DNA from: an archaeon
GTDB taxonomy: Archaea > Iainarchaeota > Iainarchaeia > Iainarchaeales > 1-14-0-10-31-34
Reading direction: 5' to 3'
DNA: 39,279 nt
Assembly: GCA_043815885.1 (NCBI GenBank)
Contig: JBDRIL010000030.1
Coordinates: 1-39,279, forward strand
The position numbers and the translations under genes are program-made. Of this stretch, positions 9,910-18,503 are shown piece after piece; positions within the stretch are counted from its first letter, which is position 1; each line of letters starts with the position of its first letter. The notes under the pieces were generated by a model. It did no database searches, was not told the DNA's origin, and saw only the letters and a list, made by a program, of their open reading frames with translations.

Positions 9910-9949
9910 AATTGATAGATTTATAAAGATTTTCCTCTAATTCTAGTAT

Positions 9950-10288
9950 GTGTCGAAAAAAGATATGTCTAATTTAAATATATTGGATTTAATGGTCTTA
10001 TGGCAGATAAGCCTGGAGCCTACTCACGGTTATTCCCTGTTGAAAACAATCAGTGAAAAGAGGGGAAGGAAGATGACTGCTGGAAGCCTTATTCCTATGC
10101 TTAAGAAATTCCAGAAAAACAAATTAATTAAGGTAAAGAGAAGGGGAAAGAGGGAGAAAATAGTTTATGAGATTACTCCTAAAGGAAGAAAGATATTGAA
10201 TTCTTCCGGCAGGGATTTTGTTGTATTGTTTGAAGACATATTCAATAGATTCCTCTGCACTAAATGCAAGGGGAGACTGGAAAAATGA
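9950..10288 (+). CDS. PadR-family transcriptional regulator with C-terminal CxxC
   Basis: PTHGYSL..GSLIPML..VYEITPKGR winged-helix pattern, ending LCTKCKG. ATGA overlap with iscS. Confidence 0.85.
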   Translation: MSKKDMSNLNILDLMVLWQISLEPTHGYSLLKTISEKRGRKMTAGSLIPMLKKFQKNKLIKVKRRGKREKIVYEITPKGRKILNSSGRDFVVLFEDIFNRFLCTKCKGRLEK

Positions 10289-11469
10289 AAAGAATTTATT
10301 TGGACCATGCCTCAACCACTCCTGCAGACAAGGAAGTAGTGAGGGCAATGCTGCCTTTCTTCACTAAAAAATTCGGCAATGCCTCTTCAGTGCATGGTTT
10401 TGGGTTGGAGGCAAGAGAGGAACTGGAAAAGGCAAGGGAAAGCATTGCAAAAAAAATCAATGCTAATCCTGAAGAAATAGTTTTTACTTCTGGCGGCAGT
10501 GAATCAGACAACCTTGCATTAAAGGGAATTGCTTTTTCTCATAGAGAGAAAGGAAATCAAATAATTACTTCTTCCATTGAACACCCTGCTGTATTGGGTG
10601 CATGCAATTTTTTGGAAGGAAAAGGCTTCAAAGTAGCTTACCTGAAAGTGGACAAGGAAGGATTCATTGATTTGAATGAATTAAGTGACTCGATTAATGA
10701 TAAAACAATTCTTGTTTCATTAATGCATGCAAACAATGAGATTGGAACAATTCAGGAATTGGATAAGATTGGAAAAATATGCAGTGAGAAAGAAGTATTG
10801 TTTCATTCCGATGCAGTTCAATCCTTCACCAAAGTTCCGATTGACGTGAAAAAAACCAGTATTGACTTGATTTCTTTTAGTTCGCATAAAATTCACGGTC
10901 CAAAGGGAGTCGGAGCATTGTTCATCAGAAAGGGGACTGCAATAGAAAAAGAAATTCATGGAGGGCATCATGAATTCAATAAGAGAGCTGGAACAGAGAA
11001 TGTTCCAGGAGCAATTGGTTTTGGAAAAGCAGTTGAATTGGCAAAAGAGAAACACGTTCAGTTCATGAATAAATTAAGGGATTACTTGATTAAGGAAATT
11101 GAAGCAAGAATTCCTAATTCCAAACTGAATGGTCCAAAAGGAAAGAATCGTTTATGCAATAACATTAATTTTTCTTTTGCTTTTATTGAGGGAGAGAGCC
11201 TGTTGAATTACCTGAATCTGGACGGGATTGCTGTTTCCACTGGAAGTGCTTGTTCTTCCCAGTCACTTGCCCCTTCACATGTACTGAATGCAATTGGTTT
11301 GCCTCATGAAATCATTCACGGAAGCATCAGAATGAGTTTAGGAAGGGAGAACACAAAGAAAGAAATGGATTTCACTATAAAGAGCTTAATTAAGAATGTG
11401 AAAAAGCTTAGGGAAATGAGTCCATTGAAGGAAGGAATGAAGTACGATAAAGAAGAATTCAGGAGTTGA
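10285..11469 (+). CDS. iscS: Cysteine desulfurase (IscS/NifS, group I)
   Basis: IYLDHASTT, FTSGGSE, SSHKIHGPKG (PLP Lys) and STGSACSS (catalytic Cys). Start at ATG 10285. Confidence 0.97.
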   Translation: MKRIYLDHASTTPADKEVVRAMLPFFTKKFGNASSVHGFGLEAREELEKARESIAKKINANPEEIVFTSGGSESDNLALKGIAFSHREKGNQIITSSIEHPAVLGACNFLEGKGFKVAYLKVDKEGFIDLNELSDSINDKTILVSLMHANNEIGTIQELDKIGKICSEKEVLFHSDAVQSFTKVPIDVKKTSIDLISFSSHKIHGPKGVGALFIRKGTAIEKEIHGGHHEFNKRAGTENVPGAIGFGKAVELAKEKHVQFMNKLRDYLIKEIEARIPNSKLNGPKGKNRLCNNINFSFAFIEGESLLNYLNLDGIAVSTGSACSSQSLAPSHVLNAIGLPHEIIHGSIRMSLGRENTKKEMDFTIKSLIKNVKKLREMSPLKEGMKYDKEEFRS

Positions 11470-11474
11470 ATTGA

Positions 11475-11867
11475 ATGGATTTGTATTCAAAGAAAGTAAT
11501 GAAGTATTTCAAGAATCCAAAGAATATTGGAGAAATAAAGAATGCTGACGGAATTGGAAAGGTCGGAAATCCTCAGTGTGGGGACATAATGTATGTTTAC
11601 ATTAAAGTAGGAAAAAACAAGAAAGGAAAAGAAATTCTAAAGGATATTAAGGTTAAAACTTTTGGTTGCATTGTAGCAGTAGCTACTTCTTCTGTTATAA
11701 CCGAAATGGCTAAAGGAAAGACACTGGATGAGGCATTAAAGATTTCCAAAATGGATATAGCAAGAGAATTAGGCGGCCTTCCACCCATAAAAATGCATTG
11801 CTCTGTCCTTTCAGCTGAAGGATTAAAAAAAGCAATAGCAGAATACAGGAAGAAAAAGGGAAAGTAA
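11475..11867 (+). CDS. iscU: Fe-S cluster scaffold IscU/NifU
   Basis: GNPQCGD, TFGC and PPIKMHCS conserved cysteines. Confidence 0.96.
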   Translation: MDLYSKKVMKYFKNPKNIGEIKNADGIGKVGNPQCGDIMYVYIKVGKNKKGKEILKDIKVKTFGCIVAVATSSVITEMAKGKTLDEALKISKMDIARELGGLPPIKMHCSVLSAEGLKKAIAEYRKKKGK

Positions 11868-11895
11868 TTGGATTAATTATTTGTTTCTTACTCTA

Positions 11896-12606
11896 CTACA
11901 TAGTAAGGTTTTTGCCTGCTTGCTCAATTCTTGCTTCTGCAGCTTTTTCTAGTACTTCTTTTGGAGTAGTTCCTCTTTCTTTCAATGCATTTCTAAACCA
12001 TCTTTCAGTTATTTCCAGCAAGTCCAGTGTTCTTTGAAGATCCAGAGTCTGAGATAAAGTTGCTATGGCTCTATCGATTTTTGCTTCTCTTATTACTTCT
12101 GCTGGGGTAGTTTTTCTTGCTTCTAGCAGGTATCTTAACTTTCTTGGCTTCAATTTAAGCAAATTTAATGTCGTTTCTAAATTAAGCGTTTTTTTCAGAG
12201 AGGCTATCACTCTATCAGTCAATTCCTTTTTCTTTTTGTTCTTTGACTCTCTGATAACAGTGTCTAATCCTAATTTTAGCCCAGGCTCTTTTTTTAATAA
12301 ATTATAATGGCTTCTACTACTAATCTGTCTTTCTTTTGAGACAGCAGAATGTGAAGTCAATCCTTTTTCTCTCGCTAATTTCAATGTATTACTGGCTTTG
12401 ATTTTTCGTTTTAACGCATGTAATTCGCCTCTAGAGAAAACACTTGAAAGATAATTTGGCTTAACCCCTATCACCCTCTTTAATGCTACTGAGTTTCCTG
12501 CAAATTGCCGCATAAGCCTGGTTAGCAGAACTTTTCTTCTGGCTTTGTTTATCGGCTTATTCCTTAAGTTTCGGTAAACTCTTACAGTGAGAGGATACCT
12601 GGCCAT
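11896..12606 (-). CDS. Basic orphan protein with tandem 47-aa HTH-like repeats
   Basis: 236-aa ORF in which residues 131-177 and 178-224 are internal repeats. Confidence 0.75.
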   Translation of the reverse strand: MARYPLTVRVYRNLRNKPINKARRKVLLTRLMRQFAGNSVALKRVIGVKPNYLSSVFSRGELHALKRKIKASNTLKLAREKGLTSHSAVSKERQISSRSHYNLLKKEPGLKLGLDTVIRESKNKKKKELTDRVIASLKKTLNLETTLNLLKLKPRKLRYLLEARKTTPAEVIREAKIDRAIATLSQTLDLQRTLDLLEITERWFRNALKERGTTPKEVLEKAAEARIEQAGKNLTM

Positions 12607-12646
12607 AGAAAAATTAAGTATTAAGCAATTAATAATACTATTCGTT

Positions 12647-12994
12647 TTATTCTGTTGGAAGGTCGGAGGCAGGGATTTTAGTTAATTTGAATATCTTTAA
12701 TGAAGTGTAAACCATTGAAACAATTGCAATGAAAAGGAATACTTTGGCAATAAAAAACACGAGATAGTTATGTACTGTGAGGTAGTCATTGAATACTTCA
12801 ATTATCCTGTTGATTACAATAAAGGCAACAGATATTGCAACCCATTTAAGTATATTTGAGAACTCATTTTTCTCGAATTTCTTGTAAGCGTAATGAATCA
12901 TTGTTGCAGTAAAAACTCCTCCAGCAAGGGATAAAACGTTTATTAATAATACGAAAAAATTAATGTTATCAATAATTATGTTTTCTGTTGCCAT
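12647..12994 (-). CDS. Hypothetical 3-TM membrane protein
   Basis: 115 aa, three hydrophobic helices, TATA-like TTTAAA about 25 nt upstream. Confidence 0.75.
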   Translation of the reverse strand: MATENIIIDNINFFVLLINVLSLAGGVFTATMIHYAYKKFEKNEFSNILKWVAISVAFIVINRIIEVFNDYLTVHNYLVFFIAKVFLFIAIVSMVYTSLKIFKLTKIPASDLPTE

Positions 12995-13048
12995 TCAATT
13001 CTATAAACGGCTTTCTAGTTTTTAAATTTATTTGTTTTTTCCTAAAAA

Positions 13049-15064
13049 TCAGTATAATACGTCAAATACCTTTCCTTTTCCCTCTAACCCTAAAAGGAAT
13101 TCGTATCTTTCATTCACGTATCCCTGTACTTTAGTTATTTCCTCTTCAGTCAGGTGCTTGAATCTTCCCTGCATTGAAAGATATTCCTTTACTGAAAGGG
13201 GTTTTTCGATTCTCTGGGTGAATTTCAGTTCTCCGTTCTCTATTTCATATACTGGAAATGCTCTTGTGAGAATGGCTTTTCTTGCAACTTCTATTGTTGT
13301 TTCTGATTCATGTCTCCATCCAGTCGGACAGGAAGAAAATACAAGTAAGAATGTAGGTCCCCGAATTGAAAGGGCCTTTATTGCTTTATTGTATAAATCA
13401 GTTACATTTGCAATTGAGGCAGTGGCAACATACCTTACTCCATGTGATGCAACAATAAATGGAATTGGTTTTTTTGGTTCAATTTTTCCATGGATCTTTT
13501 TTCCTGCAGGAGTAGTGGTTGTCTGGGCCATAAAAGGAGTGGAACTGCTTCTTTGAATTCCAGTATTATGTACTACGATTCCATCTGCAATAAAATTATG
13601 TTCGCCTTCAACCCTTAAATCTAAGGTAGGCTCGGTTTTAACAAATTTCTTGTATTGCACTTTCTCAGTTTCAAAATTATTGTTTTTTATCAAAAAATTC
13701 TGATATTTGTATTGATTTGGATACTTCTCTACATTCCATTTGTCTCTTCTGCTAAAACAAATATAGCCGTATTCGCTATCTTTTAGAAGTTTTCTTTTAA
13801 CACATTGAGTATCTTTCTTTTTTCTCTGGCAATGAATTTTTCCTACCCTGTAATTCATTGTTTGAAGCAATAACCTCAATCTGGCGAGGAGTTCTTTACT
13901 GGAAGAAACATATCTCCAACTATTTCCATTCTTGTATCCATCAGATAACATCAATCCCTCGACAAATGCTTCCTTTTCTTTTTCTGGAAGAGTAAACACC
14001 CATTCCGGTATTGTCTTGTTTTTTGCTCCTGAACCAAAACCAAGCGAATCAATAAATCTAGCAAGATTAACAGAATTAACATATACGTAGATGCCGTCAA
14101 AAGAATTGATTTTCCCTTCAAACACTGTGGGATATAATTGCATTAATCTTTTCCTTCCATTTGTATTTCTGGGTAAAGCAAATCCAACTTCCCCTCTTTT
14201 AGCTCTTATCCATCCATCTCCCACATACAATCCTAAATATTCCATTAATTCAGGGCTAGATTTCTTTGGCAGAATCACTTTATTTACCTTAGTGACTTTA
14301 TAATCACCAACCTTTGATTTCTTGATTGCTTTAAACTTATGTGATTTATTTATATTTAGATGCTTTAATACTACAATTTCATCTCCTGTTTTTATTTCAG
14401 AAAGAATTTTCCAAACAAAATTATTCTGTTTTCCTCTTCCATTTCTCTTCAATACTAAAAAAGGATGGTTTGAAGTAGCCCTTATTGAATGGTGGAGTGT
14501 TCCTAACTCAAATACCTTTTTTTTGCCGTTATCAAAAACTCCAGTGCATTTTTTCAGAACCAATTTATAGGTTTTTTGATTTAATGCATATATTTTATCT
14601 CCCTTTTTTATTTCAGTAATTTTCTTAAGTCCCTCACTAGTCATTATTAAGGCAGATAAGCTCAAACAATTCATGTAAGCTTCGTTATCATAACAAACAT
14701 AAAGGAAATCCTGTCCTCTCTCTATTGCTCCGCTTAATGCCTGCAACCCGATATCAAAGGTTGAACCATCCCCTCCAAACACAAGCAGATTCATTCCTTT
14801 CCTTTTTCCCTGCATTTTTAATCCATCATCTATCCCTGAAGCAATTGCTGCAGCATTCTCAAATGCTCCGTGAATCCATGGAACCCTCCAGGCAGTTTCA
14901 GGATAAGGAGAAGAAACTACTTCCAGACAGCCGGTTGCATTAACTACAATTGAATTTTTCCCTGCAGCTTTCAATACAGTCCTTACAGTGATTGCTGCAC
15001 CGCATCCCGCACAGGCCCTGTGCCCTGGAGCAAAAAGCTCTTCTTCCGGCAAACCTCTAATCAT
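13049..15064 (-). CDS. porB: Pyruvate:ferredoxin oxidoreductase beta subunit precursor (contains an intein; spliced product 303 aa)
   Basis: [34 protein letters not shown] and SCPTGW motifs. Confidence 0.95.
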   Translation of the reverse strand: MIRGLPEEELFAPGHRACAGCGAAITVRTVLKAAGKNSIVVNATGCLEVVSSPYPETAWRVPWIHGAFENAAAIASGIDDGLKMQGKRKGMNLLVFGGDGSTFDIGLQALSGAIERGQDFLYVCYDNEAYMNCLSLSALIMTSEGLKKITEIKKGDKIYALNQKTYKLVLKKCTGVFDNGKKKVFELGTLHHSIRATSNHPFLVLKRNGRGKQNNFVWKILSEIKTGDEIVVLKHLNINKSHKFKAIKKSKVGDYKVTKVNKVILPKKSSPELMEYLGLYVGDGWIRAKRGEVGFALPRNTNGRKRLMQLYPTVFEGKINSFDGIYVYVNSVNLARFIDSLGFGSGAKNKTIPEWVFTLPEKEKEAFVEGLMLSDGYKNGNSWRYVSSSKELLARLRLLLQTMNYRVGKIHCQRKKKDTQCVKRKLLKDSEYGYICFSRRDKWNVEKYPNQYKYQNFLIKNNNFETEKVQYKKFVKTEPTLDLRVEGEHNFIADGIVVHNTGIQRSSSTPFMAQTTTTPAGKKIHGKIEPKKPIPFIVASHGVRYVATASIANVTDLYNKAIKALSIRGPTFLLVFSSCPTGWRHESETTIEVARKAILTRAFPVYEIENGELKFTQRIEKPLSVKEYLSMQGRFKHLTEEEITKVQGYVNERYEFLLGLEGKGKVFDVLY
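13565..14668 (-). mobile_element. Intein with LAGLIDADG homing endonuclease (368 aa) in PorB
   Basis: Begins CLSLSALI (Cys1), block [19 protein letters not shown] blocks YLGLYVGDG and [10 protein letters not shown], ends [12 protein letters not shown] with +1 Thr. Removal restores [12 protein letters not shown]. Confidence 0.97.
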
Positions 15065-15408
15065 TTTTTTCTCTCCTTGAATTTATTGTAAGCAAAAATT
15101 ATAATGCATGAAATTAAATAGCTAATTATGAGTGTAGTCAAAGAGTAAACTAATGTTGCAATTAAATTAATTGTGTAGAAGTTCATAACTATTTTGGAAA
15201 TCAATTGGAAACCAAAAAAAGGAATAATTGTCCATCCGCTCGGAGGACAACCCCCGCCAACTTTCAATTGACTGTCATCCATTCCTACAACAGATCCACA
15301 AGATATTATTACGTACTGTGGCATTGGAAAGACTAAAAAAACAATTATCGCCAGAATAATTCTCTCTTTTGTCGGGTAAAAAAATTCTTTCAAATTCAAA
15401 GCAACCAT
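15061..15408 (-). CDS. Small membrane protein (Cys pair in loop) between porA and porB
   Basis: 115 aa with hydrophobic ends. Overlaps the porA stop by 13 nt and the porB start by ATGA. Confidence 0.75.
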   Translation of the reverse strand: MVALNLKEFFYPTKERIILAIIVFLVFPMPQYVIISCGSVVGMDDSQLKVGGGCPPSGWTIIPFFGFQLISKIVMNFYTINLIATLVYSLTTLIISYLISCIIIFAYNKFKERKK

Positions 15409-16541
15409 TCTCCTTTCTTTCCCTTCTCCAGATTTTCAAACACTCTTTCAATGTGCTTTAATTGGATGTCCCTTCCCCCCAATCCAGCAATAAAGCCAAT
15501 TACTTCAGGCTTATTTTTTGCTTTATACAATGCAGACCTTATATCAGTAAACAATGGTCCTTCGTATCCTAAAGAAATGTGCCTGTCAATTACTGCAATT
15601 CCATTCAATTTTTTGGTTAAAGCAGTTAATTCATTTTTTGGAAATGGTCTTAGGCATCTTACCTTAATCATTCCAACCTTCTTTCCCTTCTTTCTAAGTT
15701 TATCTATTATTACTCTTGCTGTACCGCAGGCAGAACCCATCAGCATTACTGCATATTTTGCATCCTGCATCTTATAGGGTTCAAGCATTCCGTCTCCATA
15801 ACTTCTTCCAAACATTTTCCTGAAATCAGTGTTGGCTTTCTTTATTACTGGGATGCTTTCCTGCATTGCTTCTTCCACCATTTTCTTGAATTCCATAAAT
15901 GAATCAGGAAAGGCAATTGGCCCGAAAGTTTTTGGTTTTTTTGGGTCAAGGATATGCAATGGCTTGAATGCAGGAAGAAATAAATCCACTTTTTTCTGGG
16001 AAGGCACTTCCACTGGCTCAAATACATGGCTTAAAGTAAATCCGTCCAGGCAAACCATTGAGGGAAGCAGTATCTTTCTGTTTTCTGAAATCTTAAAAGC
16101 TTGAATTGTTGTATCCAATGCTTCCTGTGCTGATTCAACATACAACTGAATCCATCCTTGATCGCGGGCAGAAACTGAATCAGAGTGGTCATTCCATATA
16201 TTTATTGGAGCACTTAAAGCGCGGTTTGCTACAGCCATTACTGCTGGGAGTCTCATTCCTGAAAGAATTGGCAGGATTTCATACATTAATGCAAGTCCTT
16301 GAGAGGACGTAGCTGAATAGGTTCTTGCCCCTACAGCTAAAGCTCCAATCATTGCTGATGCAGCTGAATGCTCTGACTCCACATAAGTAATTTTTGCATT
16401 CAGTTCTCCGTTATTAACGAATTCAGCAATCTTTTCCGGGATATGCGTCTGGGGAGTAATAGGGTAAACCGGAATCACTTTTGGCCTTGAAAGCTTTGCT
16501 CCTAACGCAACTGCATGCGATGCTTCAATTACTTCCTTCAT
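15396..16541 (-). CDS. porA: Pyruvate:ferredoxin oxidoreductase alpha subunit
   Basis: YPITPQT, VESEHSA, ATSSQGL, NRALSAPINIWNDHSD and GLGGRD motifs. Confidence 0.96.
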   Translation of the reverse strand: MKEVIEASHAVALGAKLSRPKVIPVYPITPQTHIPEKIAEFVNNGELNAKITYVESEHSAASAMIGALAVGARTYSATSSQGLALMYEILPILSGMRLPAVMAVANRALSAPINIWNDHSDSVSARDQGWIQLYVESAQEALDTTIQAFKISENRKILLPSMVCLDGFTLSHVFEPVEVPSQKKVDLFLPAFKPLHILDPKKPKTFGPIAFPDSFMEFKKMVEEAMQESIPVIKKANTDFRKMFGRSYGDGMLEPYKMQDAKYAVMLMGSACGTARVIIDKLRKKGKKVGMIKVRCLRPFPKNELTALTKKLNGIAVIDRHISLGYEGPLFTDIRSALYKAKNKPEVIGFIAGLGGRDIQLKHIERVFENLEKGKKGEWLL

Positions 16542-16592
16542 TCAAATCCCTTGGACTAAAGAATAAGCATTGTTAGAAATAAAAAGCTTTCT

Positions 16593-17039
16593 CTATGAAA
16601 TGAAACGATGACGTCCATGCTTTTTTTCACTTTTAACCAGACGTCTTAATGTATATAAACTACTTTTATCGGTTATTCTAACCCAAGTGGAACCTGTGTC
16701 CCCTCCAGAAGGCATTCTTCTTGTCGCCTTTGGCCCTGTGACCTCCAAATAATAAATTCCTTTATTGTTGGTTGCTATCTTTATTGAGTCTCTCCAGCCT
16801 AAGGATCCAAGACGCTCTGCCCGAAGATTATGAAGTATTTCCCCTCTAAGTCTCATAAAATCCCTTCTGTCTTTTTCCTTTAGGCTTCCATCCAAGTAAA
16901 GGTAATCATAAGATTTTGGAGGTTGCTTCATTATAATCCCAAACCTAAATCCATTCTTCCTAAATGCAATTCCTTTTGGGTATCCATTTCTTCTATCCAC
17001 TATAAGTGATTTCTTTCTTTTTATCTTTTTAGCAGGCAT
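16593..17039 (-). CDS. Basic orphan protein (N-terminus MPAKKIKRKK)
   Basis: 148-aa ORF filling the gap between porA and porC, with TTTTTATA promoter-like element upstream. Confidence 0.7.
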   Translation of the reverse strand: MPAKKIKRKKSLIVDRRNGYPKGIAFRKNGFRFGIIMKQPPKSYDYLYLDGSLKEKDRRDFMRLRGEILHNLRAERLGSLGWRDSIKIATNNKGIYYLEVTGPKATRRMPSGGDTGSTWVRITDKSSLYTLRRLVKSEKKHGRHRFIS

Positions 17040-17133
17040 CAGTTAAATTATTGTTTTAAGTAATATAAAAACCTATTTTAATTGAAACAAAGATTTTAAT
17101 TTCTTTTCCCTTTATTCATATGAAGTGAGTGCA

Positions 17134-17685
17134 ATGAAGGAAATAAGGTTTCATGGTAGAGGCGGTCAGGGAGCAGTGACTTCTTCTTATGTATTGGCTA
17201 TTGCTGCGTTTCATGACGGAAAATTCTCTCAGGCTTTTCCTGCTTTTGGAGTGGAGAGAAGAGGCGCTCCGGTTCTTGCGTTCACCAGAATTGATGACAA
17301 GCAAATTAATGTAAGGAGCCAGGTGTATGAACCGGATTATCTGGTTGTATTGGATTCTTCCTTGATTGAACAAGTGAATGTATTGGATGGAGTGGAGAAG
17401 GCTACGGTAATAATTAATTCAGAGAAAAAGGAAAGTGAATTCATGATGGGAAAAAACAGGGCGTTTACTGTGGATATAACGAAGATTGCTTTGGATGTAA
17501 TTGGAAAGCCTTTTGTGAATATTGGTGTTCTTGGAGCGTTTGCTGCGCTTACTGGAGAGGTTTCAATTAATTCCATTAAAAAAGCTGTTGCACAGGCATT
17601 TGAAGGCAATGAGAAGAGAATTGAATTGAATTCCAAGTGCGCCGAAAAGGTGTTTGAGGAAAGCAAGAAAAAGTACGGGAAATGA
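17134..17685 (+). CDS. porC: Pyruvate:ferredoxin oxidoreductase gamma subunit
   Basis: EIRFHGRGGQGAVT and FPAFGVERRGAPV motifs. Likely start at ATG 17134. Confidence 0.95.
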   Translation: MKEIRFHGRGGQGAVTSSYVLAIAAFHDGKFSQAFPAFGVERRGAPVLAFTRIDDKQINVRSQVYEPDYLVVLDSSLIEQVNVLDGVEKATVIINSEKKESEFMMGKNRAFTVDITKIALDVIGKPFVNIGVLGAFAALTGEVSINSIKKAVAQAFEGNEKRIELNSKCAEKVFEESKKKYGK

Positions 17686-17691
17686 TTTTTT

Positions 17692-17973
17692 ATGGCTGAA
17701 AAAAAGGAAAAAATGAAGTTTTCTGTTGGGGCAGTAATAGAGGAAGCTGGTTCTACTGTAAGGAACAAGACTGGTTCCTGGAGAAACTTTCGTCCTATCC
17801 TTGACCAAGATAAATGCATTAAGTGCGGTACCTGTTGGAGTCTTTGTCCTGAAGGAGCAATAAAGAAAAAGGGGGGCATATTTGTAATTAATTACGATTA
17901 CTGCAAGGGTTGCGGCATTTGTTCCAAGGAATGCCCTGTAAAAGCCATTAAAATGGTGCTGGAAGAGAAATAA
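17692..17973 (+). CDS. porD: Pyruvate:ferredoxin oxidoreductase delta subunit (2x[4Fe-4S])
   Basis: KTGSWR, CIKCGTCWSLCP and YDYCKGCGICSKECP motifs. Confidence 0.96.
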   Translation: MAEKKEKMKFSVGAVIEEAGSTVRNKTGSWRNFRPILDQDKCIKCGTCWSLCPEGAIKKKGGIFVINYDYCKGCGICSKECPVKAIKMVLEEK

Positions 17974-18029
17974 TTCTAATTAAAAATATTTCTAATTATT
18001 CTTTTGCTTGTAAGGGGGAGAAAAAAGTC

Positions 18030-18503
18030 GTGTGGGAGATTGAAGTAGGCTATAAAGAGGGAAAAAAGGATGCTGTAGCCGACTCAGTAAAGGCTTCCAT
18101 AGGGGAAGATTTGGGCATTAAAAAAATCAATTCATTAAGGATAATTGATGTTTATAGAATAAATAAGGATTTTTTTGAGACACAGGTAAAGGAAATAGCG
18201 GAAAAACTGTTTATTGACCCAATCACTCAGTCCTTTTCAATTGACAAGCCTTTTTCTGATAAAGCTGACTGGATTATTGAGGTTAAATTCCATGAAGACG
18301 TTACAGACAATGTAGCTATTGCTGCAATGGAAGGAGTACACGATTTAACTGGATTGGGTTTTGCTGAGGGAGAAAACCTAAGAACAGCAAAAAAATACTT
18401 GATAGAGGGAAAGCTGTCAGAAAAAGAAGTGCAAAGCATCTGCAAGGACTTGCTTGCAAATGAATTAATTGAATCATTCAAGTACTGGAAGGGAAAGAAA
18501 TGA
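18030..18503 (+). CDS. purS: FGAM synthase PurS subunit, tandem two-domain form
   Basis: Two PurS-like halves (IEV..D....LFIDPITQ and IEV..TDNV....LLANELIE). ATGA overlap with purL. Confidence 0.8.
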   Translation: MWEIEVGYKEGKKDAVADSVKASIGEDLGIKKINSLRIIDVYRINKDFFETQVKEIAEKLFIDPITQSFSIDKPFSDKADWIIEVKFHEDVTDNVAIAAMEGVHDLTGLGFAEGENLRTAKKYLIEGKLSEKEVQSICKDLLANELIESFKYWKGKK

